A DNA stretch of 63,621 nucleotides, counting the filler, from Rhabdomonas costata (lineage: Eukaryota): NCBI GenBank assembly GCA_019059605.1. It is 20 parts of 20 records of this genome, joined end to end, with 100 filler letters (N's around TTAATTAATTAA, not from the genome) between each part and the next. Parts side by side here need not be neighbours in the genome. Positions count along the whole stretch, not along the records: positions 12,758 to 15,847 come from JAHMHO010001400.1; positions 15,948 to 19,037 come from JAHMHO010001401.1; positions 19,138 to 22,224 come from JAHMHO010001402.1; positions 22,325 to 25,414 come from JAHMHO010001403.1; positions 25,515 to 28,601 come from JAHMHO010001404.1; 15 more parts are not named here. The stretch is one strand, 5' to 3'. The stretch's first letter is position 1, and each line of letters starts with the position of its first letter. Below, in pieces: positions 13,587 through 26,361 of the stretch. Under the pieces are notes generated by a model, which worked only from the letters and a program-made list of their open reading frames with translations, searched no databases and was not told where the DNA came from. The position numbers and the translations under genes are program-made.

Positions 13587-15156
13587 GTACGCGGGCCTCG
13601 CTCGCTCGCTGTTTCTCTCCCTCTCCGTGTCTGCCAGTGCCCATTTAGGGTTTTTGTGGCCTGCCAGTAAGTTTTGATACGTTCCCCGAACTTTGCTTAT
13701 ATATACTTTTTATCGCTGATAGCTGATCTCGCCAGAGTTTAAGCCATAGCCATAGCCACACAGCGGTGTGGGCTGATGTGTGTCGCCCACGGTGTTGGGT
13801 TCCTTCCGCTGGTTTTGCAATCTGGGTTTGTCTTGCGTGCCTTCCATACAAATCCGGTGGGCTTGTGTTCGAAGGCAGCCGCCGTCATCTGAGTCATTAG
13901 TGCAAGGACTTGTGGGGCTTGCGGCGGCTGGGGGTATATTCAATAAAATGGGGCGGAGACTCCTGAATCTTCTGAGGTTCTGGCATGGCTGCTATTGGGT
14001 AGGCTGTCTCATTTCCACATCGAATGCATGCTCTCGATTGGAGACATTGTCCGTCAATGGGAGCGTCGACTGCACGGAGGCCACAACAACCACAACCGCA
14101 GAAGTAACAGCAGCAGTGGGGCTCCTGTTGTCCCAGGTTTGGGATCCAAACAACCTGCATCATGGTAAAGAGGTCGTTCATCTCAGTTTGTCCTTGCAAG
14201 CGAGATGTGGAAAAAGATAGACCTGCGACCAGTGTCCTTATCCGCGGCCGAGGTTGGGGGTGGGTGTCTCGCAGGTTTTGCGAAGAAGTACGGCCACTCA
14301 GCAGCCACGGGACCGGTGGAACCCTGCCCAGCGCAGGCCGCGTGATATGGCGCCGTACTTGCGTCACCGCCGCCGTTAATGTGACCTGATCACTTGTCGC
14401 TGCGCCACCTCTGCTCGTCAAACTGCGGGCCTTTGCCGAACTGCGCAGAGGAACACAGCGGACGCGCACGCATTTCCGTTCTGTGCACAGAGAACCCTGG
14501 TGTTGTGTTTGTGCCGAAATGGGGCTTCCATGTCGTCATCGAATTGTTGCTGGTGTGATTGCAGCAGCAGAATGTTGCACCGGAAGTGGAACCCAAAACG
14601 CCGAAGTTAAAGTGTTGGGGAAGGAGGTGAATGTTTGCAGCGTGGTTACCCAGGCGCGTGGATGAATCGCCTGTTGTCAAAAAAGTGGTCGCCAGGTTGA
14701 GTAATCTGGGATAATGGGCTTCTGGGAGGCCTGCATAAGCTGGAAGCTTATCTCAAACGTGGAGCGTATTCATTTCTTGTTTGCTTGGATTCGTTGCCCA
14801 TCGCATGTGCGAGCTTATGTTGTACGCGCCCTGCACCACGGCAGATTTTCTTTCGTTGTATTGCCGTTTCTATATTTCCCATTCCCACGCGCTGGTCGTT
14901 TGGTGGACCTATTTCTCCCAGGTTCTGCCCGCGCTGCTTTTCAAAGGGTGAAATGTGCGGGGTGCCGTAGCACAAAAGTATTAAGTTCGAGCAAGGAACA
15001 CGTTGATTCAAGGCGCAGCTGTTTCAGCGAACGTTTTCTCGTGCATCTAGAAGTTTGAAATTCGAAAATCACCTTCCTTTTTTTTTACCTTTGCTGGTGT
15101 GTGTGTGTGTGTGTGCTGTTTTCCTCAGACTCCTCCTCAGCACCGCTTCAGCAAAA

Positions 15157-15502
15157 ATGGTATGCCCCCTGTGAGTGGATCTTGTGTCCGGGTTCGCAAG
15201 TTTGCTCCGCAAAATGGTGGATAAGTTCTCCAACTGTCATGTTTTCGCATCCTTTCACTTGCGCTCCCTGTGCCCTGCTCTTTCCTATTATGGAGTACGG
15301 TCCTTGACCTTGGACGCTTCGTACGCTTCGGCTGTTTGATCTGGTGCCCTGAATCCGGGGCTAATTGCGCGGAGCTGCTGCAGTTGTCTCCCCCGTCCTT
15401 GTCTCATGCAGACGGACTGGATAGTGAAGGAGAGCCGCACTCACAAGGGATGCTTCTACAAGTTCAACCCCCGCACCGCAGAGTCAAAGTGGATTGACCC
15501 AG
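15157..15502 (+). CDS. N-terminal WW-domain protein (Pin1/parvulin-like), 5' part
   Basis: ATG at 15157-15159, GT-AG intron 15160-15411, exon 15412-15502 gives MTDWIVKESRTHKGCFYKFNPRTAESKWIDP (W...Y.FN..T..S.W..P WW signature). Confidence 0.75.
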
Positions 15503-16311
15503 GTCTGGGCATCCCCCCTCCACCTCCTCCTGTCTTCCTCTGCTGTCCCGTAACTCGCCTTTTTGTTTTATTTATGATCAACAAGTGCATGTGTTTGTGC
15601 AGGAGGCCTGTCTGTAATTTTTGGTCAAGGTGGTGAACTGAGGGAGAAGTGGGTTTGCGAGGGAACCTGTGAGGGTGGGCCTTCTCTTTCAGCTGACGAC
15701 TCTGCTGTGAAGGATTCCAGCTTGGAGCGCGCAGGTGGAAAATTTCACCTCCTCCCCCCCCTCCTTCTCACAAGTCGGCTTGCTTCTCTGATGTACTCAT
15801 TCCCTTCCCAAAGACGCAGCCCAAAAATGAAATCAGGACTCGCGGACNNNNNNNNNNNNNNNNNNNNNNNNNNNNNNNNNNNNNNNNNNNNTTAATTAAT
15901 TAANNNNNNNNNNNNNNNNNNNNNNNNNNNNNNNNNNNNNNNNNNNNGGGGGGGTTGGCGAGGAGGGTGTTCGCTGCTAAGTACCATGGGCGCTTTTGTT
16001 GGAAAAGGAGGGTTTGGCTTCGTTTTCTTTTGGGTGTGCAGCTTTGAGGTGTGTGATTGATTTTGAGACTGGAAAGTGGGTGTTCTGTTTGTGAGGGCGG
16101 GTTGTGTTGCCTATCTATTAACACGTGCAGCAAACCACACCCACCCACCCATGCACGCACTGTACGTTCCGAAGTTATCTTTCGCGAGCACCTGTGGCCA
16201 TCGGTGCGTGCGCCCGTCAGTGCACGGTGGTCACTGCTGGTAATCCAGCAAATGCACCCAACGCACACACACACACACACACGGCCATTCCCTCCCCTGC
16301 CTTACGCACAG

Positions 16312-18358
16312 TTGTGCGCCCGGAGAACATCTCCACGGTTCGGATGGTGGTTTTGGGGGTGCGTCCCGCGGTGGTTCGGCTGGTGCGGTTCATCGCGCAC
16401 TTTCACGCCGAAACTGTGGACCTGCACAGTGCCGATACGAAGACCATGCTCAAGGTGCGTAACTATCTTCAAGGGCCCTTGTCTGTCCAAAAGCGTCCAA
16501 AAGCGCACAACCAAAGGTTCCATCTTCACCGATGTTCAGGGGTTTTTAAGCGAACATTCTGCAACAGTTTCGCGATTATGGGGCAGTCGTCTGAGGGTCC
16601 CGAGGGGTTGTTGACACTTAAGATGTGGAAACGAAGGTGTTCGGGCGTTGAGGAATTGGAAACCCGACCTTTCATAGAGAAGTTGGAAGACCTAGCCCAG
16701 ATTGTCCTTGATGGAATATGCGTGGGTGATGACTGCCTTGTCCCGCTTCTCCACTTTAGCCTATTTTCAGGCCAAAATAGTCCTTCACTACAATGCAACA
16801 GCCCCCCTATAGATACACACGTCGATATAGTGCTCGTTGCTGTTTCTTTTTCATGGGACGCGCCCGGCGTTGAAATGGCGAGAGGAGGGGGGGGATAATG
16901 TTCTTGGAGCAGGTTGAGGAGCCCTCAGTCATTCCAATGGGCGCCCAGTCCGCGATGCTAAGGACTTTTTTGTTTGTTGTTGGTTGGAACCCTTTACTGG
17001 GTGGTTTTGCATGTGTATTTTCGTTTGCTGCCTCCCCCCTTCCCCGCTCTTGTGCAAATATATCTGCTAACCTTCTTTGTGGTGCAGGAGACTATCCGCG
17101 CCCTCACTGGGCTGATCGCGATGTGCACCCGCAGCGCGGACCCCGACCCCTTAACCCGAGAGGGCGAGCCCATCGTGGAGCATCAGGTGGGGCCGAGGGT
17201 GGTGGAGGGGCGGGGGAACAGCTCTTTTTGAGAACCAATAATCCACAGCGACAAGTTGCAGGGACGGGATTTGCTTGCAGTGGTCTCAAACCAGAACGTG
17301 GCGAAGCTTTAGTCTTCTCTTCTCCCTGCGCGAATACTATTATATTATACTTTCTGCTTGCTTTGATTCCATTTTCCCTTGGGTTTTCTTCATCCAAGAT
17401 CCGCTTGAGTTCGTTGTTTTCCGATGTTACTGTGTTTTTATTTGCCTAGGGATCCTGGGTCCTTGGTTTGGAGCCTTAGACTTACTATCAGTCTTGTTTC
17501 TGTTCCGAGGGGACAGCGTTCACCTCAGCTCTCCTCTTTTTTAATGGGTTCATGCCTCCGCTGCCTTTTGCATTTTTGGACGGGGGGGGGGGTTTCAAGC
17601 ATAGAGCGGTGTATAACGTAGCCTTTGAACCTTCCAACCCATCCGCCCGCTCCGACCGCGCCGCGGAGTGGCCCGCACCCCTGAAATTATCCTGTCCGAT
17701 TTGTCCGTCCCCCAACGACAATTTCTAACATCCACCAAAGCCAAGTAAAACGCTGTAGCGCTTTGTAACGCTCAACCATTTTGTATCGCCCCCCTGAACA
17801 ACAATACAAATATGTCGCCCTGTGTGTGTGCAGCGGGTTATGGTGGAGGAGCGGGTGTACCTGGTAGTGATGGAGGTGGTGCAGGCCCCGTTTGTGCGAC
17901 CGCTGCCCGCGGTGAGCAAGGACGTGCACCGGGTGTGCAAGCTGGGGTACCGCCTGATCCGGATGATGGTGCTGGGATCCCCAGAGCTGGCCCTGGAGGT
18001 CGCCCCGCTGCTGCCCACCATGCTCCGCAGAATCGGCCTCAGCCTGGACATCCCCAGTGTGTGCTCGTCCCCATTTACACCCCAGCCTCTTGCCATTCCC
18101 CACCCACACTCTGCTTCTCTGGTCCTTCGTCCACCGCCAACCCGCCCGTCGCAGGATGGAAGTCCCGATGCAATGCTGGGCTGCGCCTGTTCTTCTTTGG
18201 ACAGTAGCGTTTGCTTGTTCGCCTTTGCGTGTGTTTGTGAGATGAAAAGACGAAAGGAACCTGCTGGGGATGCGCACGCTGCAACTTGCCCCGCGCACTC
18301 AGGCACTGTCGCCGAGGTGATCGTTGACAACGAGCCCCTCATTCCATTCCTGTCAGAG
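16312..18358 (+). CDS. Inositol 1,4,5-trisphosphate/ryanodine receptor-like channel, RIH-region exons
   Basis: Exons 16312-16454, 17088-17186, 17834-18056 and 18303-18358, all in phase: DPLTREGEPIVEHQ|RVMVEE...QAPF...VCKLGYRLIR...IGLSLDIPS|TVAEVIVDNEPL. This parallels the ITPR pattern RERQKLMRE...QAPF...CRLCYR...TITALLHNN. Confidence 0.75.
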
Positions 18359-18671
18359 GTCGCCTCCTTCCCGCGCGTTTTCGCTTTCGAAGAAGACTTT
18401 CCCTTTTGCTCAGATCCTTTACAGTACCTGTACAGCTCTACAGTTCACAGCGGCCCATCGTCAATGAACAATATCACGTGCCAACAAAATGCAGAAAACA
18501 ACCGACCAAATGTGGCGTTCTCCTCACCTGTAGGCCCACCGCACATCAAAGGATCCGGGTCGCAGCCATTGCACAATTGTATAAAAAAGACTGACACTCG
18601 ACAGTGGTAACCGCAAAAGAGAAAAAGGGGTAGGAAGGTGCAAGTGCTGGTGGAACAGAAAGCAAACAGAC

Positions 18672-18834
18672 TTTCCGCCCCAGGCTGCCGCGGTGGCCTC
18701 GTCGTCCACGGGGATGGGGGCACTACATACAATCCCGCCGCAGCTTAGGTCCCACACCACCAGCCGGCGGTCCGCCCGCACCCCCACCGAGAGAAGCAGC
18801 CTCTCATCCTCTGACAGCGCCACCGCGGCAATTC
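18672..18834 (-). CDS. WD40-repeat protein exon (CFAP52/WDR16-like)
   Basis: AG/GT-bounded exon: IAAVALSEDERLLLSVGVRADRRLVVWDLSCGGIVCS...AAAWGG. Confidence 0.65.
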
Positions 18835-19216
18835 CTGTGAAAAAAGCAAAGGGCGTCCTAAAAAGAAAGCAAATAAGCATACAAGCAACTTGTACACAGC
18901 ACAGCAGCTCATATCGTGCAAACATCGCGCACCAAGAGAGGTGTGATGCTCGAAACTGTCATGACATAGCAACCCTATTCTGCCAGTCCTGATAAGGCAC
19001 TTGCCACCAAACAAAGCGTCAAAACAGGGTCGGACGANNNNNNNNNNNNNNNNNNNNNNNNNNNNNNNNNNNNNNNNNNNNTTAATTAATTAANNNNNNN
19101 NNNNNNNNNNNNNNNNNNNNNNNNNNNNNNNNNNNNNGGTTTGGTTGCCTTCCTTCTCTCCAAAATAACTAGATTTAAAGGAGAGAAGGAAGGCAACCAT
19201 CGCCAAAAAACAATAC

Positions 19217-20450
19217 CGTAAGCCTCCACGATGCCGAGGTGAGTTGAGGTGAATTTATTTGTCTTGAAGTATGTTGGGGGGCTTTCGCGCGGTGTCAGCT
19301 GCTCCAACAGGGACTTCACCTGCGCCCCGCTGGACTTCTCAGCCTCCGACAGGGCAGCTCTCAGGCGGTCAAGGTCGTCCTTAGGAACCCAGCACTGCGC
19401 AACGACGGTCTGGCCGCGGAAGGAAAGCAGGTTCTGGACGTTGTACACGGACTTGGCAGTGATGATGACCTTACGCCAGTACACCAGCCCGGCGTTCACT
19501 CTGTGCAGCAGCTCCTTGCGGCTCTCCAAGGTGGCACGAATGGTCATCTCCATCTCCCCGAGGTGGGCACGAACCTTGCTGATGGTCTCTCGCTCTTGTG
19601 CGCCCCCAATGACGTAGGGATACAGCGCCGCCTGCATGCTTTCTGCGATTCTTCGGATTTTCTCCAAGGCCCTCTGGGAGCTGAAAAACACCACGAAGAC
19701 GGTCTTCTCCACCTCCTCGCCCGTGCTGGGATCCTCAAACTTCTCCCGGGCCGCGTTGGTGCGCATGAACATGTTTCCCCTGGTGGCTCGGTACACCAGT
19801 CGCTCAAACAGAGCCGCCCGGGTGCTGTTTACCACACCGGTGAGGTACCGCAGCCCCCCTGTTCGGAAAGCCTCCTCGGAAGCCCCAGGGACTACACTGG
19901 AAAGGGTGATGCCCGCTTCTGTTCCTTCACCCCGAAAAAACGAAGGCTCCTGGGTGAGAATCTCAAGGTGCTCCCGCAGGCTGTTCTGTTGAGTCAGAAG
20001 CTGCTCGGCCTTGCTGTTCAGTTCCCTTAAGTCTTCATCCAGGCTCCCCAGCTTGAGCTCGAGGGTGTCCAAGGTCTCTAGAACAGCGGGGGTCTCTGGG
20101 GGTTCGCTGAGCTTGATCTTCTTTAGAGCCTCGGCACGCTTCAGCTGGTCACCAAGATAACGAAGCCGGCGCTCACACTCGTCGCACCGGCGAACGTCGG
20201 CGGTGCAAACCCGTTGAAAACTGGACTGAAGTGGGTTCATATCACAGAACTGAAATGCAAAACCAGCGACCGAACCAAGAATACAAATTCAACCAAGAGA
20301 AAAAAGAACACCTGTGCTTTCGCCGCAAACCTGAGCGCAGCCAAGCTTTCCAATCGCAAGAATAGTGTCGTAGGCTGCTTCCCGCTGCAGGTGCAACTGA
20401 AGAAGAACCATGTCTTCGGACCGCCATAGTCCGGAAGCAGGCTCAGGCAT
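19217..20450 (-). CDS. V-type ATPase V0 subunit a, N-terminal half
   Basis: Exons 20450-20331 and 20249-19217. MPEPASGLWRSEDM, FCDMNP..SSFQR...VRRCDECERRLRY, FERLVYRATRGN, PPTYFKTNKFT...IVEAYG. Confidence 0.96.
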
Positions 20451-21622
20451 TTTTATGTAACCGACTGCGGGAAAAGAAATAGCATACAATGGTCTCGTTA
20501 CGTTGGCCGCCGTTGATCACCGGAGTTCGCAGTTTTTTCTTGGAGGAACCTGTCGGTGTGTGCCAATGATAACGTTGGCAAACCAAAGAAGAGATTGACC
20601 GGAAAATGCCTTCTTGGGGATAAAAAGAAGACCGAAGAGGAAAAAAACTTGGTGAGGGGGGGGGCAACATAAGCAACAGGCCGAGAGGGACGGGTGTTTG
20701 ACCGTTTCTCCAACTTGGAATGCTAGAAAAAAGTCGATAGCGAATACAATAGGAAAGGACAAACGCATTTTTTTGAATGAATGGATGGTTCCGTTTTGTA
20801 CGAACTTTCTTCTCGTCAACCTTTTGGTTTGGGCGACTGGGAGAGTGTGTAAGGTTCAGAATCGCAGAATTTTACAGCCATTAACCTCTGGAAGAGGTTT
20901 TTTGCTTGCTTGTCTGCAGTATTGAAGAAGATATGTGATGAAGGGATGGCCGTTGAACGCCTTTCACGACTTTAACAACAAGCACTCTGTTCCTGTGAGG
21001 ACTGGTCTGCAAAACAAGGTCGTCAAAGCGCAGCAAGGGTTTTCAACTTTTGAACACGCAAGATTCGTTCAAATCAAAGAAATAACCGGCTTCTAGAGAT
21101 AAGTTTTGTACATAGGACAAGCGTTGTTCACCATTGTTCCCGAAGAAACTCTCCAGTAACAGCGACTGTTTATCTAGCAGTTCTCTCCCTCAAATTGGCG
21201 TCATTTTTTCTTCGTAAGCTGAAGCTCTGGGTTTGTTCACTTTGTGGCCCGATCATTCCGCTTTTGACTTTTGGCTCGGGTGATTCTTTCGCCCCATAAC
21301 GAGGTGGACAAGTCGCACTTCCTGGACCCCACTACTGCTTCGGTCACACGTCGATCACATCCGGGAGGCTGTACTGGACAGCTCTCCGGCCGAGCGAGAA
21401 TCTTTGAAAGAGGCGAAATTCCGGTTATCTTTCTCTTTCACTTCGTCGTCGTCGTCGTTTTTTTTCTTTGAATAGCTGCATTACTTCTAAAAATCTGGAG
21501 CACCTTGTCGCAGAGGGGAGGTGGAACCACCAAAACACTCTGGGTGTCTGCTGATTGTAGAGCCAACAGTTAGTGTTGGGGCAGAGTAAGAGGCTGCTTG
21601 CAATCCAAAGGGCAAGTCGGAA

Positions 21623-21653
21623 TACAGTACAGTACAGTACAGTACAGTACAGT
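21623..21653 (+). repeat. (TACAG)n microsatellite, about 6 copies
   Basis: tacagtacagtacagtacagtacagtacagt. Confidence 0.9.
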
Positions 21654-22451
21654 GTACTTATGCCGCTGGTCCCGAAAAAGTGCACACTGTGCGCCTTTTC
21701 GCACGGATTATCCGCTCTCTCAGTTTTCGATGTAGGTGCGAAAGTGCGTTACGCAATGTGTTTTGCGCACCAAAGGTGCGGGACTGGGTGAAAGGTCCAA
21801 CTTAGCGCTTACGTAAACTACTCTTTTAAACTACTATTTTAGTTGACGTATTATATTTAAAAACATTTTTGGGCCCAATTATATGAAAAAACTCGATTTG
21901 CGCAGCTGTCGCGGAAATTGCGGACAATGTCGGCCTCCTCGTGGACACACAAGTCCAGGTTCCGGGTTGGGAACACCTCCTGTTGTCACATTGGACTCGC
22001 AGCCGAGATACCGCTGTTGATCCAACCAACATGCACAGCCTGAATCCTTCACACCAGTGGGATACACGCCACCCGGCCGATGATAAAGCAGAATCGGCGA
22101 AACAAACCATGTCAGATATTCCATGCGCCCAGGCAGGGCTCGAGTTTGTTCCCGTGGCTGCAACTTATTGACAGGCCGGGGGCTTGTGGGTGTCAGCATT
22201 TCCCGGCAACGGAGACGGACTCTTNNNNNNNNNNNNNNNNNNNNNNNNNNNNNNNNNNNNNNNNNNNNTTAATTAATTAANNNNNNNNNNNNNNNNNNNN
22301 NNNNNNNNNNNNNNNNNNNNNNNNTTTTTTGAAAGGTATCTCTTTTGAAACTCGACAGTTTGGCCAGCAAAGATCCCGTGAAGAGAGTGAATACGCGAAA
22401 AGCTGATGTGAAAGCTGGCATCAATTTCACTTCCTTTTTTGCCGGAGGTCA

Positions 22452-22507
22452 GTGCAACTTCATCTTGGCCATCGAAAATGTGCAACTTCATCTTGGCCAT
22501 CGAAAAT
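22452..22507 (+). repeat. 28-bp perfect tandem duplication
   Basis: gtgcaacttcatcttggccatcgaaaat occurs twice in tandem. Confidence 0.9.
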
Positions 22508-23715
22508 CGACTTTACGATTTCTCAACGTTACGTACTCAAACCCCACGGACTACCTAGCAACAACACCAGCCTCCAAATACCAACCAGACATCACCCATG
22601 ATCACACGAACCTCACGGACTGCCCACGGCACCAGCAACACCACCAGCAACACCAAAACCCAATTAGCCCAGACTCACAGATCAATCTTCTGAAGTGGCT
22701 TGTGTCAGTAGAGAATTTCCCCCTCCTGATTGAACTCATCACTCCATAGCTCTTGGTCTCTTTGACTTTGATACCCTTCTTTTTGTGGGTTGTTTCTTGT
22801 TTAGCGTGTTGCTTGTCCTCAGCGGAGGGGCTCGCTTGTCAAAAGGTTGTGTTGCGCCGTCTTGGGACTGGAGGGACCGCTTTTGCGAGTTCCAAAGTTT
22901 TCTCGGGATGAGGATGAGCGAGCCTTGTGTGTTAGCCTTTAGCAATCTACATTGGTTTCCCTTGCGTTTCTTCTTGTAAACGCTGTTTGGTGCAGTGCTG
23001 TGACTTTGTTCGGGAAAAATCAGCCGAAACTTGTAACGTAAGTTGTGCGTGCGTGGTGGATCGCCCAGCTGCATATTTGAGTGTGCAGGTATACTCAACA
23101 AAAACATTAAACAAACGGTAAAGCAAGACCCATAACCCGGGCCCAAGTACACACCCTCTCTGGAACGAACAATCCCTTTTCCAGGTCGAGTAGCCATTCT
23201 TGTCTCTTTCCAGCGAAAACAATAGAGGGGGTAAGGGTGCAGCAAACACTGAAACAAGATCGCTCCAACGGACTTCTGCCGACAGATAACATAGCGGGTG
23301 CCCAACTCATCAAAAAGAAAGACAAGAAGTGCGGATTGACAATCGCGTGCCAACATAGGCAATCAGATTGATGCAGCCAGCAGCGCTGCGCGGATTCGGC
23401 AACTTAAACGTAGATCATATCCGTTTCTATCCTTCCACAATCTACTTTCTGCAAAACGTTTCCCTTCGCTCACGCACCAGCTCACAGATGAACTCGTGCA
23501 AACAGGTCCCTTTGAACGAGGTGGGCGAAAATACACAAAAGCGACTGTTGGTCGATCCAACGTGCAGTCAGAATATGTGCGTTCACTACTGATCGCATTG
23601 AGACCTGGAAAAGGGGAGGCATTTCGGGTCAACTGCTGGCACACAAAACCCAATTTTGGGGATCTCATTGTGCTTGCCGTGATAACACATCTGAAGACCC
23701 AAAATCCAACTTAAC

Positions 23716-25414
23716 TCAAAACTCAATCAGGGTTTCGCCAGAAGGCGGGGGGCGAAGTGCGGGCACCAGGCACGCCTCGAACATCTCACGGAATCCCGCC
23801 GGTGAGGGATGCAGTTTATCAGAGAAAAGAACGGCTTGCCTTTCCGTGTCCTCTGTGGTGAAAACCTCCGCGCAGTTCACAAGATGAAGCCTGTGCGGGA
23901 GGCCTATCGTTTCCACCATCTCCGTCAAGAGCCCGTTGAGGGCGGATATATTCTTGTTGAGTGCAGGTTGGAGATACTGAGGAAGGACTCCCACCAGAGC
24001 AACTCGAGAGTTGGGAAGCAGCTGCATGGTCGCTTCTGTGCGTGCAGTCACCCGCAAACAACAAGGGAATGCACATCGAAGAATTTTGAAGAAAATAAGG
24101 GCTGCCACGACGTCAACGCCAACCTCGAGCCCCACAGCACCCCGACAGGGAAGCACAGCACTAAACCTGTAACTGCAGATACGCCCAGGGCAGTTTCTTC
24201 CCAGGAAAAGCCCTGCAGAAGGTTGTTGATCCCAATCAAGATCACGACATCCTTGGGATTCAGCCTGTGAACCTCCCCATTCTGAAGTCTCCACAGCAAG
24301 TTTTGGGTGCGGTCACCGCCGACGCCCAGAATGGAGGCAACGGAGGGGTCGAAGAACTCCTTGAACACCTCCGGGCATCCTGTGCAAATTAAACAAGAGA
24401 GAAGAAGAGCACCGCGGCATAGCCAGGAGCTCAGCTCACTAAAGCGCACAGTCCACGCAAAACAGCCACACTGGGAAGGGCTCCTCTGGTATGCTTGCTG
24501 CACACCTTTATTTTTGCATCTCCTAAGCTGCAACCGAAGGGGAACAAATCCAAGTGGCACCTCAGCCCTCAGCCTCCATGTACTTATTGGGATATCCGTT
24601 CCAGTCTCCAGCCTTCAAATTGACATCCCGCGAAATTGCCCGGGGAATCGCCCAGCAATATTAGGATACATGGTCTCGAATCAGAATGCACGCTCTGGCC
24701 ACGTTCCCACGCTCCTCAAAGATCAGGAGCTATTATTATTCGGCCCCGCTCTCATCGTAAAGGCCTCTGTGCTGTCACAATCCTCCGCAAGTTAAAGAGA
24801 GTCTCACAGCAACAACCCGATCTTCACCACTACAAGATATTTTGCTTTGTTTTCGCGGGTTTGCAAAACGATCTCTAAGCAAAAAAAACGGTTAGCAAAA
24901 AACGATTATCCCGTGAAAAGTACTAGATGGGACACAGAATAATCTGTAATCTGTGTGGATATGTGTCTCACAGATTTGTCCTGTATACCAAACCTCCAAA
25001 GAAATACAACTTGGGGCACAAATGCAAGGGAAGCTCCGGGAAACTCATTTATTGCGGAGTTCAGTTGCTCATCATTTGCAACGGAACATACAACGCGCAG
25101 CAACAAACACACGAGCCATTCGCGATGGTACAGTTCGAAGATCCGGAGCATGTTCCCCGAAGAGTCTCGGCGATGCTGTCGCCCAAAAACACAGTCCGAA
25201 TGCTGTCACCTCGTGCGAGGGTCTCTGCTACATACTGCACATGTAGGCGGATCCACCATTCTGAAGTCACGTGCAAAGCAAATGCTAATGCACAACGCTG
25301 CAATAAAAAGTCCCTCTCTCACACCAAGTTCGAAAGTGGAACACACCCTTCGCGACAAAGCTGGGCTGAATTGCGGGGTACTCTCCAGCGTTGGTGCGGC
25401 ATTGAAGAACTCGG
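23716..25414 (-). CDS. SGNH/GDSL hydrolase (PAF-acetylhydrolase Ib-like), 3' part
   Basis: Exons 25414-25347, 25260-25117, 24379-24167 and 24035-23716. Blocks VFLGDSI, GVGGDRTQNLLWRL, LIGINN, DKLHP. Intron 25116-24380 is GC-AG. Confidence 0.9.
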
Positions 25415-26361
25415 NNNNNNNNNNNNNNNNNNNNNNNNNNNNNNNNNNNNNNNNNNNNTTAATTAATTAANNNNNNNNNNNNNNNNNNNNNNNNNNNNNN
25501 NNNNNNNNNNNNNNTGTGGTGGTTCAAGGAGCGCGAAGGGAATAGTGCGGGCGGCATGAACCAGCTTGCAAGCACCCAAGCACCAAGCAAGAGCGGAGAA
25601 TGTGAAGGCTTGTCTGCGGGCAGTCGAGCTGCAGTCTCTCTGCAAAGCGCTCAAAGTCACCTCTTAATTGCCGTCACAGTGGGCTGGAAGCGCCACACGA
25701 GGAATGGTGACGCCAACATCTGTTGCAGAGGGAGAGGCAAGTCCAAATCTCTCTTTGCTCTGTGCCCTGGCTTTTTACCACTTTCTTGCTAACAGTTACA
25801 GAGTGTTTGCAACTGTGTATTCCACCATGGATCAAGCAGGTAATACTGAGGTCAGCGGGCAATGCAACCCTGAGATCTGCGCCAATATTTTTAAGGGACA
25901 GGTCTCATTCCGTTTCCGCCCTTTCGCACGTGTTTCTCTTTTGCTCCGCTCTCAGTCTCAGCACCATTACGCTTGCGCTTGTGACGCAGAGCAGAGTCAA
26001 CCAGCTGCAGGACAATGTCGGCATGGCTCCTCGTTCTCTGATTTGTTCATACATCTGGACCTACACACGCGCAGGCTGCAAAACCGTGTTCACAACCCCT
26101 TTTCTGGGTTGCCGGGCTTTATGGGGTCACCTTTTTCGGGAACGCTCGTTGTTTGCTTGTGCTCGCAGGTTTGTGGCGTTTCCGAAGAACATTCAGTTGA
26201 GCGGCTATCTACGTCGTGTGATATTTATTCGGTTACTGATTTCGGTTGCGTTCGTACGTCGGCTTATTCCCGTGGGTCTAAACAACAGCAAGGGCAGAGG
26301 AACAGGATTTTGGAATTTGATCGGAGTGTGCTGCGGAAGAAAGATGTGAGGGAAGAGTTGA

